The notes beneath the pieces were generated by a model, which saw nothing but the letters and a program-made list of their open reading frames with translations, was not told where the DNA came from and did not search any database. Of a stretch of 64,000 nt of DNA, positions 47,907 through 56,109 are shown one piece after another. Source of the DNA: a virus. Within the stretch, counting starts at the first letter, position 1; each line of letters starts with the position of its first letter. The translations under genes and the position numbers were made by a program. Location of the stretch: the IMG/VR virus record IMGVR_UViG_3300027503_000009. One strand, 5' to 3'.

Positions 47907-48130
47907 AATCAGTTTTCTCCTTTTTTCTTGTCAGATTTCCTCTGACTCTTTTAGTATCTCACACCCTGTGTGATTTGTCAAGTTTTTTGTTTTTTGTTTT
48001 TCTAGCCTCCAACTACCTGCTAGAAATTTTAAGGGCAGGAAGGGCCGTTTCCGGCCCAAGAAATGCTATTCTATATTAGTCGTCCCAGTCATACTCCTGG
48101 TAGTCGTCATGATCTTTGTAGTCGTTCCAG

Positions 48131-48481
48131 TTAATAAGCATAGATATTTGCCTTTCCGTTTTCGATGAAGAGGTCACACCAGGCGGAAGTTTCAATTTTC
48201 TTTCCGGTGAGGACATTGATGAAGTAATCTGCCTCATAGGGATTGTAACGAACCGTGTTCCTTTTCAGGAAAAGCTCTTGGTCTTTTTGCCAATCACCTT
48301 CAACAAAGGCATGAACATTTTTCTTTTTTTCACGAAGAACACGTTCCCGTCCAGACTTGGAAACAGTGAACTTGGCATTTTTCAGGATGATGGTGTCGGT
48401 GTGGGCAATAACCTTGCGGGTTTTTTTGTCCATGACAGAGAAAACTTTCTTGTGAAGGTTGAAGTAGACTTTAACTCTCAT
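48131..48481 (-). CDS. conserved phage early protein
   Basis: VYFNLHKK, KKNVHAFV, YNPY motifs. Confidence 0.8.
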   Translation of the reverse strand: MRVKVYFNLHKKVFSVMDKKTRKVIAHTDTIILKNAKFTVSKSGRERVLREKKKNVHAFVEGDWQKDQELFLKRNTVRYNPYEADYFINVLTGKKIETSAWCDLFIENGKANIYAY

Positions 48482-48519
48482 GTTTTTATTCTCTCACATT
48501 CTGATCAGAATGTCAAGGT

Positions 48520-48714
48520 TTATTTTGACTCAGACCTAGACCCAGACCCAGACGCAGACCAAGACCCAGACCAAGACCCAGACCCAGACCAAGACACAGA
48601 CCAAGACCCAGACTCAGACCTAGACCAAGACCTAGACCCAGACCAAGACGCAAACTGAGACTCAGACCCAGACCTAGACCAAATATTTCTTTTGTAGATT
48701 GATTTCTTGGTCAT
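48520..48714 (-). CDS. (Ser-X)n repeat peptide, copy 3
   Basis: MTKKSIYKRNIW leader; own leaderless promoter. Confidence 0.7.
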   Translation of the reverse strand: MTKKSIYKRNIWSRSGSESQFASWSGSRSWSRSESGSWSVSWSGSGSWSGSWSASGSGSRSESK

Positions 48715-48773
48715 GTTTTTATTCTCTCACATTCTAGGTGAAATGTCAAGGGGGAATTTCTTCCCCCTGCAAA

Positions 48774-49235
48774 CTACCAGGATGCTTGGTAGTAATAGGT
48801 CGTTCGACCATCAACCCATTCATCCTTGATTTCCTGGAAAAGTTTGATGGCACTTTCTAGGTCGTTCCAGTACCACTCATCAATTTGAATGGAACCAAAG
48901 AAAAACCCAGAAACAGGAGGAAACATTTCAAGAGCAATATCTTCTCTCTTAGAGATCAGGACTTCTTTCATGGTTAAAAGAAGATTGTCAACATTTTCCT
49001 CATAGAAAATAATTTCTTGACATTCATCCCTACCATCAGCAAGCTGCACAAACCAGTTGTGGAGTGCATTGAACTTGCGGAAATAACCAAGTTCCTCAGT
49101 CACATAGGTGACTTTATCCTTCTTGATGTGGGTAGGTTGTCCGTTGTTGGTCACAACAACTTCATACTTGTTTTCCTTGTCGAAAGACCAATTCTGAATG
49201 TAGCTCTTGCGGTTGATGTATTGATCAAGTCCCAT
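48774..49235 (-). CDS. conserved phage protein (MGLDQY...YYQASW family)
   Basis: YFRKFNALHNWF, GFFFGS. Confidence 0.82.
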   Translation of the reverse strand: MGLDQYINRKSYIQNWSFDKENKYEVVVTNNGQPTHIKKDKVTYVTEELGYFRKFNALHNWFVQLADGRDECQEIIFYEENVDNLLLTMKEVLISKREDIALEMFPPVSGFFFGSIQIDEWYWNDLESAIKLFQEIKDEWVDGRTTYYYQASW

Positions 49236-49279
49236 GATTAAATCTTATCACCATTCAGGATGTTTGTCAAGAAGAATTT

Positions 49280-49355
49280 TGGTGCGCCCAGCAGGGTTCG
49301 AACCTGCGACCCTCTGATTAAAAGTCAGATGCTCTACCAACTGAGCTATGAGCGC
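49280..49355 (-). tRNA. tRNA-Lys(TTT)
   Basis: Reverse complement gives TCTGA-CT-TTT-AA-TCAGA and CCA. Confidence 0.94.
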
Positions 49356-49365
49356 ACATTAAATT

Positions 49366-49440
49366 TGGTAGCCCCGCAGGGATTCGAACCCCGATTCTAG
49401 GTTTAGAAGACCTATGTCCTATCCATTGAACGACAGGGCC
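49366..49440 (-). tRNA. tRNA-Arg(TCT)
   Basis: Reverse complement gives TAGGT-CT-TCT-AA-ACCTA and CCA. Confidence 0.93.
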
Positions 49441-49448
49441 AAAAACTT

Positions 49449-49646
49449 TTAGGCAGTCTGATACTTGCCCTTGACTTCCTTGTTCAGAAACTTTCCAGAA
49501 GAAGGTGCGTTCACCAGATCCTCATAGACCTGAACAGGAACGTCCTTGTAGTCATACTTCTTACCGGAAGTAAACTTCACAGTGAGAATCTGATTGATGT
49601 GGTCATAACCAACACCAGAAACAGCGGAACTTTCAAGCTTTACCAT
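49449..49646 (-). CDS. KTSC domain protein
   Basis: ESSAVSGVGYD...LTVKF..G..YDY..VP...APSSGKFLN. Confidence 0.9.
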   Translation of the reverse strand: MVKLESSAVSGVGYDHINQILTVKFTSGKKYDYKDVPVQVYEDLVNAPSSGKFLNKEVKGKYQTA

Positions 49647-49708
49647 ATTTATATCCTTTTTTGTGGGTTGTGAGTTTCTCTCACTCACAACCCTAGTATA
49701 CCACAGAA

Positions 49709-49927
49709 TTACTTCTTACGCAAGCCCTTGTCGATATCAACAGCAGTTTTGAATGCAGGAATATCAAAATGTTCCTTGTATTCATCCAGCGGCATTTTCC
49801 GAAATTCATCAACGAAGGAACCTTCAACAATTTCTGCCAGTTCCCATTCACTCATAGATTCAACCAACTTGGTTGCATAAACCTGAGTCAGCAAATCCAA
49901 TTCTTTTACAGTCAGATCGTTAATCAT
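49709..49927 (-). CDS. hypothetical protein
   Basis: GAGG RBS; weak resemblance to 49936..50145. Confidence 0.7.
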   Translation of the reverse strand: MINDLTVKELDLLTQVYATKLVESMSEWELAEIVEGSFVDEFRKMPLDEYKEHFDIPAFKTAVDIDKGLRKK

Positions 49928-49935
49928 GTTTTCCT

Positions 49936-50145
49936 CTACTGTTCCAGTGTACCAGATTCCATGTCGTCTGTCAAGAGTTCAGGGGCAACTTCTGTGATTT
50001 CTGCCAGAATATCTTCAGTCCCCATCTGCTCCAAACGTGCATGAATGGATTCATAGGCATGATTGATGAGATCCTCCATGTCCATTGTATCAACAATCAA
50101 TTCTACATATTCGTTAATGAGGTCGTGCAGTTGTTCGTTACTCAT
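49936..50145 (-). CDS. acidic early protein
   Basis: Leaderless promoter; D/E-rich. Confidence 0.75.
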   Translation of the reverse strand: MSNEQLHDLINEYVELIVDTMDMEDLINHAYESIHARLEQMGTEDILAEITEVAPELLTDDMESGTLEQ

Positions 50146-50147
50146 GA

Positions 50148-50357
50148 TTATATCTTAGCACCTTTCAGGTTAGTTGTCAACTCAATTTTTGAAGTTTTCA
50201 ATCCATACCACAATTTCATATAAGAACGGACTCTTGCCCACTTTCCGGTGAAAGTGATTTGTCGATAACAAGAACCAGTTCTAATACCGGAACAAGGGAT
50301 TGATTTTTCCCCAGACCTGGATGCAGTCCACACTCTTGAAATGCGTGATTTCATCAT
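50148..50357 (-). CDS. small basic early protein
   Basis: Leaderless promoter. Confidence 0.55.
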   Translation of the reverse strand: MMKSRISRVWTASRSGEKSIPCSGIRTGSCYRQITFTGKWARVRSYMKLWYGLKTSKIELTTNLKGAKI

Positions 50358-50388
50358 GAAACTATATTAGCACCTTTCTGTGTGTTTG

Positions 50389-50556
50389 TCAAGACCTAGA
50401 CCCAGACCAAGACCTAGACATAGACTCAGACTCAGACCAAGATCCAGACCTAGACATAGACTCAGACTCAGACCAAGATCCAGACCAAGACCCAGACATA
50501 GACATAGACATAGACTCAGACCAAGACTTAAATTTTTGTGTTCTTGATTTCTTCAT
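50389..50556 (-). CDS. (Ser-X)n repeat peptide, copy 4 (55 aa, divergent leader, not in the ORF track)
   Basis: MKKSRTQKFKSWSESMSMSMSGSW; TGA stop lies in the next TTGACA. Confidence 0.68.
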   Translation of the reverse strand: MKKSRTQKFKSWSESMSMSMSGSWSGSWSESESMSRSGSWSESESMSRSWSGSRS

Positions 50557-50587
50557 GATTATATCATACCACAGGCTGATGTGTTCG

Positions 50588-50779
50588 TCAAGACCCAGAC
50601 CCAGACCAAGACCAAGACCTAGACCCAGACATAGACCCAGACCTAGACCAAGACCCAGACCAAGACCCAGACTCAGACCCAGACATAGACCTAGACCTAG
50701 ACCCAGACCAAGACCAAGACCAAGACCAAGACCCAGTCCCAGACCAAATATTTCTTTTGTAGATTGATTTCTTGATCAT
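50588..50779 (-). CDS. (Ser-X)n repeat peptide, copy 5
   Basis: MIKKSIYKRNIW leader. Confidence 0.7.
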   Translation of the reverse strand: MIKKSIYKRNIWSGTGSWSWSWSWSGSRSRSMSGSESGSWSGSWSRSGSMSGSRSWSWSGSGS

Positions 50780-50785
50780 AGTTTA

Positions 50786-50971
50786 TTAACCAGTTTCAGA
50801 ATAAGACCTAGACCCAGACCTAGACTCAGACCTAGACCCAGACCAAGACCTAGACCCAAACCCATACCAAGACCTAGACCTAGATCCAGACCCAGACCAA
50901 GACCCAGACATAGACCAAGACATAGACCTAGACGCAGACCAAATATTTCTTTTGTAGATTGATTTCTTCAT
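50786..50971 (-). CDS. (Ser-X)n repeat peptide, copy 6
   Basis: MKKSIYKRNIW...SYSETG; -10-like box just upstream of the ATG. Confidence 0.7.
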   Translation of the reverse strand: MKKSIYKRNIWSASRSMSWSMSGSWSGSGSRSRSWYGFGSRSWSGSRSESRSGSRSYSETG

Positions 50972-50996
50972 GATTATATTATACCACAGGTGGCCC

Positions 50997-51998
50997 TTAA
51001 CGGGCCACCTTGAAACAAGTGGATTTCGCAACTTTCACGAAATCTTCATCAGACTTCGCAAACTTCAGAATTTTCGCCAACTTCAACACCATGCGAAGCG
51101 ACAATTCCCGCAGCTTCTTGTGGTTGTCCTCCACAAACTGCATCAACGTCTGCTGCTGGTTTTCTTCCAGTCCCAGAGTGTGAAGCATATCGGTGTTCTG
51201 AACCACGTCCTTGATTCGGATCAGGAACTCACGGGTATTTCGCAAATTCAAATCCAAGTAGAACGAACGGGAAATCAGTGCCTGATAGTGAGGTGACATT
51301 TTGTTGCCCTGCTGGATCATGGCATCAAAATCCCGATTGGTGACGAAAATCACAGAACCACGAAATTCAAACGTGGAAGGAATTTCATCGCCAGCATCAT
51401 CTTCCCACTTCTTTTCCGTTTTCCAGGAAATCATGCGGCGTTTGGTGCTATCCAAAGCAGCTTTCCAGATGTTCAGACCAACTTCATCATCGAAAACAGA
51501 ATCAGCGTCATCAATCAGCAAAACACTGTTTTCATGACGATTTTCCCACAACATCCGGAAAATGCCAGTAGGACGAACAAAGCCCTTAACAGGAGTGTAG
51601 TTAATCTTCTCATCAAGGAAAGCATTCTCCAACATCATTTCGATGTTGTAGGTCTTGCCGATGCCAGGATTGCCGGAAACAATCATCGACGTGACCTTGC
51701 CTTCAATAACAGCTTCCACCATGCGATCCATCGAAGAGAAACCATCACGCTGACGCTCCAGAATTTCCTCGTCAGTTTCCACAACAAGAGGAACAACTTC
51801 ACCAGGAGCTTCAGCAACACCATTAACATTTCGCAGCACGTTCAGATCGAAGATGCCACGAGAAATCTTACCAAGAGTCCAAAACTTAACAGGAATGCGA
51901 ACATTGAAAATTTCAGCTTCCTGCTTAATAGTCTTAGCACGAAGAATGGTGCCGCCGTGCTTTTCAGTCATCTGGTCAACGAAGTTCGTGATGTTCAT
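50997..51998 (-). CDS. early P-loop/AAA+ ATPase
   Basis: GNPGIGKT, LLIDDAD, IFVTN, ALISR. Confidence 0.88.
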   Translation of the reverse strand: MNITNFVDQMTEKHGGTILRAKTIKQEAEIFNVRIPVKFWTLGKISRGIFDLNVLRNVNGVAEAPGEVVPLVVETDEEILERQRDGFSSMDRMVEAVIEGKVTSMIVSGNPGIGKTYNIEMMLENAFLDEKINYTPVKGFVRPTGIFRMLWENRHENSVLLIDDADSVFDDEVGLNIWKAALDSTKRRMISWKTEKKWEDDAGDEIPSTFEFRGSVIFVTNRDFDAMIQQGNKMSPHYQALISRSFYLDLNLRNTREFLIRIKDVVQNTDMLHTLGLEENQQQTLMQFVEDNHKKLRELSLRMVLKLAKILKFAKSDEDFVKVAKSTCFKVAR

Positions 51999-52033
51999 AT
52001 TGTTAGTATCTCACAGTTTGGTCAGGTTGTCAA

Positions 52034-52699
52034 CTAGCCAATCTGAATAAATTCAGATTTTTTGTTTCGTGCTTTGCCTTTGGCTTTCAATCCAACAATC
52101 ACGCCTTTGGCATCCAAGAAGCGAAGATCAGTTTCGTCGCCATTTACCACAGGATAGCCCCAATGAGTTTTGGGCAACTTGTCGAAAACAACAGCGACAT
52201 TAACACCATGCTTCAACGCTTCCAAGCACTTCTCCATATTATCACCACTGAAAGAATAAGTCAAGTGGTAATTTTCAGAAACACGCTCCCAAGGGCGATC
52301 CAGTTTAGTGTAATCATAGAACTGGACATTAGGACGTGCAGTGTGCAATGCCTTAGCCAACCAAGGCAGATCAGAAGTTCCATTCGGACGAAAAACAGGA
52401 ACCAGATTAGATTTTACCGCAGCAGCACAAGCTTTGTCAAGTTCTTTCAAAGCCTGGGCAATAAATTTTTCACGATTTTCAAACAACTTCTTGGTCTTGT
52501 TGATGCGTCCATTCTGGACATTAGAGAATGCACCCATGCCAGAAGTGTTCAGGCAGAATGCCAAACATTCTTTAGAAGCACCAGCACAGACCTGATGACC
52601 AGACAAATCACCAGGAGCCAGATAAATGATTCCGGTCTGATATCCAAGCTTCTGACCCTTGACCGTTTTTGCGTTTGCGTCGATGTTCCAGATCGTCAT
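52034..52699 (-). CDS. Gp88-like Cys-cluster protein (radical-SAM-related fold)
   Basis: CAGASKECLAFCL, RPNGTSD, FYDYTK, GDETDLRFLD. Confidence 0.78.
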   Translation of the reverse strand: MTIWNIDANAKTVKGQKLGYQTGIIYLAPGDLSGHQVCAGASKECLAFCLNTSGMGAFSNVQNGRINKTKKLFENREKFIAQALKELDKACAAAVKSNLVPVFRPNGTSDLPWLAKALHTARPNVQFYDYTKLDRPWERVSENYHLTYSFSGDNMEKCLEALKHGVNVAVVFDKLPKTHWGYPVVNGDETDLRFLDAKGVIVGLKAKGKARNKKSEFIQIG

Positions 52700-52740
52700 A
52701 TGAAACCAGTATAGCAAACTGAATATCAGACTGTCAACAA

Positions 52741-52965
52741 CTAAATGAACCAGCGACCATTAACTTTCTTTAATCTTCCATTTTCAATATCAGCAACAGT
52801 CACTCTTGCCCAATATTTGGCTTCACCGACAATATCATTATCAATTGTAGTACCGGAATCATATTCTTCATCTTCAATAAAAATTGAAAAATTAATGTTG
52901 TTTGCTTTCCAAGCATTCACATGAACTTTAATTCCGGTGTTTGTGTGTTGTGTAATGGTAATCAT
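52741..52965 (-). CDS. hypothetical protein
   Basis: -10 box next to the ATG. Confidence 0.65.
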   Translation of the reverse strand: MITITQHTNTGIKVHVNAWKANNINFSIFIEDEEYDSGTTIDNDIVGEAKYWARVTVADIENGRLKKVNGRWFI

Positions 52966-52981
52966 TGATTACAGTATATCA

Positions 52982-53170
52982 CTACCGGATCATTGTTTCA
53001 ACCAGTTTTCTTCCTTTATAGAAAAAAAGTTTTTCCCAATCATGTTCTGATCTTAACCATAAACATTTAAGAAAGAAAATGAAATTTTCTACATCTCCTT
53101 CATTATGAAAATTGGAATATTTAAATTTAATCACTTCATTAGGAAATTGAACTTTCAATGTGATGTACAT
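52982..53170 (-). CDS. hypothetical protein
   Basis: TTGACA-17-TATAAT-6-ATG. Confidence 0.65.
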   Translation of the reverse strand: MYITLKVQFPNEVIKFKYSNFHNEGDVENFIFFLKCLWLRSEHDWEKLFFYKGRKLVETMIR

Positions 53171-53515
53171 GTTTTGATTATATCAGTCCAAGAATAGGTT
53201 GTCAACTATTTTTTAACAAAATAATTCCAGTTTAATCTTAAAATTTGTTTCTTTAGTAAAGAATTTTCTTTTTTAACTGATAGTGTCATGTGTTCAGTAT
53301 ACCATATCCAGGATTTTGTCAAAATTAATTTTTATTAATCTGAATTTTGAAGTTCTTCAATCTGCATTTTCAATTCATCGACCATATCTTGCAATTCAGA
53401 ATTAATTTCTCTTAATTTTGCAATTTTTTCATCCCGTTTTTGGATGATATCCATTAAATCGTCGATAATTTTTTCAAATTTTTCAATTTCTTCATCCATG
53501 TGTTCAAAATCCCCC

Positions 53516-53605
53516 AGAATTCTACTTGTTCCAGCCGTCAAAATTCCACCAATCTGTTAAAATTAGCAAAAAAATGATTAAAACGGCTGGAACAAGTAGA
53601 ATTCT
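53516..53605. repeat. long inverted repeat flanked by CATGTGTTCA direct repeats
   Basis: 23-bp arms AGAATTCTACTTGTTCCAGCCGT. Confidence 0.8.
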
Positions 53606-53623
53606 CATGTGTTCAGAAAAAAA

Positions 53624-53824
53624 CTAGCCCTGGACCAGCATCTGCTTAACAGAAAAACCCATAACTTCCTCAATATTCGGAGTAGTTACCATGTCTTCCA
53701 GAGTTTCATCGGTGAATTCACCAATCTTTAGCGTTTCTCGAACACATTCATTGTAGGAATCAGCAATAACCAGCGGATTTTCGGTCTGAATCTCATTGTC
53801 GAAAGAGCAAAACTTAACGTTCAT
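53624..53824 (-). CDS. acidic early protein
   Basis: GAGG RBS, upstream promoter, hairpin leader. Confidence 0.68.
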   Translation of the reverse strand: MNVKFCSFDNEIQTENPLVIADSYNECVRETLKIGEFTDETLEDMVTTPNIEEVMGFSVKQMLVQG

Positions 53825-54193
53825 TATGTAATTATCCTCAGTTTTTGATTTTTTGTAGCTTCTGTGTGTTCGGAACACATCGTCTACTCTTTTAGTATAG
53901 CAAAGTCATGTGTTCATGTCAAGTGTTGGCGAAAAAAAGTTGGAAAAAAAATTTTAATATGAAAAAATTTTCAGAAAAAATGGCGCAGCAGTTAAAGTAC
54001 CCACAACTTTTCAACCATTTTCACAACTTCCCAACTATTTTCACAAATGTGTCATTTTTGACACATTGTGTCTTTTTTTCCACATAAATAGATACCCAAA
54101 CAAAACAACACCCCACCATTTCTATCGACTATTAGAGATGGGTCACTATTTATTCTACTTTTTTATCCTGTCGAAATACCCTGTCATTCTATC

Positions 54194-55057
54194 TTACCAT
54201 AACTTTTCTTTTTTATTGTAGTAATAAATTTTATTTTTTATATTGTGACATTCTTTACATTCTGCACTTAGATTATATTTTCCATCTTTCTTTTTATTAT
54301 ATTGGGAAAATAATTTTTCTTTTTTACACATTGAGCAAATTTTTGTTTGTGGTGTCTCTAATGTATAGTTTGCTGACATCCTTTTTAATTTTCTTGTTAT
54401 ATGTCCTTTTTTAGCAATTTCACTTCTTTCTTCTGGTGTGCTACTCTCCAACCATTTTGTTGCTCTTTTTTTAGCAATTTCACTTCTTTCTTCTGGTGTG
54501 CTACTCTCCAACCATTTTGTTGCTCCTTTTTTACCAATTTTACTTTTTTGTTCTGGTGTTAATTTAGCTAATGATGATTCATATCCCTTTTTACCCCCTT
54601 TTTTACCAATTTCACTTAATTGTTCTGGTGTTAATTTAGCTAATGATGATTCATATCCCTTTTTACCATTTTCACTTCTTTGTTCTGGAGTTAATTTAGC
54701 TAATGCTGTTGCATATGCTTTTTTACCAATTTCACTTAATTGTTCTGGTGTTAAATAATAATTTTTTCCACTTATTGCATAGTTTAAGTTTTTTGGTTTG
54801 TCGTGGATATTTTCTCTGATAATTTTTTCTTCTGCAATACCCAAACTAATTCTATTTTTGTGATGTTCGAGAATTATTTTTTTCTTACGTTCTTTGGGCC
54901 AGTTTTTTATAATTTCTTTTGCTGTTTTTGGTGATCCCATATAACGACAATCCTGCTCAGGGTTAACTGAGCAGGATCTCTTGCCGAAATAATTATGAAT
55001 TTCTACATTGTTTTCATCAAGTAGTTCTAGTTTGTAAATGTAGTGATAACAGGACAT
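54194..55057 (-). CDS. Seg-like (GIY-YIG-type) homing endonuclease with internal repeats
   Basis: YIYK...YFGKRS...YMGS N domain; TPEQxSEIGKKG repeats; C-terminal CxxC pairs. Confidence 0.75.
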   Translation of the reverse strand: MSCYHYIYKLELLDENNVEIHNYFGKRSCSVNPEQDCRYMGSPKTAKEIIKNWPKERKKKIILEHHKNRISLGIAEEKIIRENIHDKPKNLNYAISGKNYYLTPEQLSEIGKKAYATALAKLTPEQRSENGKKGYESSLAKLTPEQLSEIGKKGGKKGYESSLAKLTPEQKSKIGKKGATKWLESSTPEERSEIAKKRATKWLESSTPEERSEIAKKGHITRKLKRMSANYTLETPQTKICSMCKKEKLFSQYNKKKDGKYNLSAECKECHNIKNKIYYYNKKEKLW

Positions 55058-55058
55058 A

Positions 55059-55319
55059 TTAGAATAATTTTGAAATTTTGTTGAGAATTTTTGTTAATAA
55101 ATTTGGTTCATAAAGCGAACAATTACAATCTTTGTTTTGTAAATAACAAATTGAAGAACATGGATTGTCTGGATTTTCTTTTGAAAGTTTAGTGTAAACT
55201 TCCATATTAAGAGATTTTCTTGCACCATTTACTGGTGAATATTCAATTTTGTAGAATTGTGGATGATTACATTCAACGAATTGTGAATCAAAATGTTTGC
55301 AATTTTTACATAATACCAT
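55059..55319 (-). CDS. Cys-rich hypothetical protein
   Basis: CKNCKHF start. Confidence 0.7.
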   Translation of the reverse strand: MVLCKNCKHFDSQFVECNHPQFYKIEYSPVNGARKSLNMEVYTKLSKENPDNPCSSICYLQNKDCNCSLYEPNLLTKILNKISKLF

Positions 55320-55395
55320 AATACCCCTTTAATTTTAATCTTCGGACTGATAGATAAAGTACAAAATAATTAAAATGATAATAATTAACATTGCA

Positions 55396-55758
55396 TTATT
55401 CATTGTGAATGTCCGGAACAAAATTGTTGTTTTTATAGAAATTCTCAAAAAATTCTTCTATCTCTACAATTGAAGAAAATGTTTCACCGGAAAATGACAC
55501 ATTTACACATGTATTGTTTTGTAGATAGAAAGCTACTTCAAATGTGGTGGCGGGACCTACCTTGTTATATAGATCTGTAAATATGTAGTAGTAAATGTTG
55601 ATGAAATACTTTGTTTTATCATTTTCCTTTACTTTCTTTTGGAAAAACAAATCAGCATATTTGAACATTTGCTTGTCCTTGAAAGGGAAATGCTTGTAGC
55701 CGGAATCAATGATATTTTGTGGTGTGAACATAGTTTTTAAATTATTGATTACGTCCAT
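55396..55758 (-). CDS. hypothetical protein
   Basis: ORF in operon context. Confidence 0.7.
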   Translation of the reverse strand: MDVINNLKTMFTPQNIIDSGYKHFPFKDKQMFKYADLFFQKKVKENDKTKYFINIYYYIFTDLYNKVGPATTFEVAFYLQNNTCVNVSFSGETFSSIVEIEEFFENFYKNNNFVPDIHNE

Positions 55759-55899
55759 GATCTAAAAGTGTAATGTGCAGTGAAAGATGAAAAAACTGCA
55801 CCACACTTGGAATTTGTCCATGAATGTAATGTTGATGTTGTCCAAGAATTTTTTCCAGATTGTGATGTTGGATTTCTTTTCAGTGTTGAGATTTTCATC

Positions 55900-56109
55900 T
55901 TATAGTCCATTAAGTAGTTTCTTGTATTCTTCTTTAAATGTTTCATTTTGCCAAATTTCATTAGCAATGAAAAATGCATCTTCAATTGGAGCAGTTTCAA
56001 CAAGATTTACATGGTTGTCTGTCATGCAACAATATGTGTATTCTTGTGCTGCTTTAGCTGCAAGAAATGTTGTAGCGTAATTAATAATGAATTTTTCTTT
56101 TTCTGTCAT
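55900..56109 (-). CDS. hypothetical protein
   Basis: TTGACA-17-TATAAT directly upstream of the ATG. Confidence 0.68.
   Translation of the reverse strand: MTEKEKFIINYATTFLAAKAAQEYTYCCMTDNHVNLVETAPIEDAFFIANEIWQNETFKEEYKKLLNGL

Noticed and set aside
50555-50767. + strand poly-(PR) ORF, and the poly-(DP/DQ) ORF at 48278-48658
   Set aside because: They are antisense shadows of the SX repeats; the promoters and conserved leaders are on the minus strand.
47241-50971. AGACC-type repeats as a CRISPR array
   Set aside because: The period is 6 nt with no unique spacers, and there are no cas genes.
47241-50971. Diversity-generating retroelement as the source of the NNG variation
   Set aside because: No reverse transcriptase or template/variable repeat pair is in the window. 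Unit numbers differ between copies, which fits slippage or recombination better.
53930-54190. Replication origin at the right edge of the GC-rich block
   Set aside because: It is non-coding with short TTTTCACAA repeats and a small inverted repeat, but the evidence is too thin without skew or coverage data.
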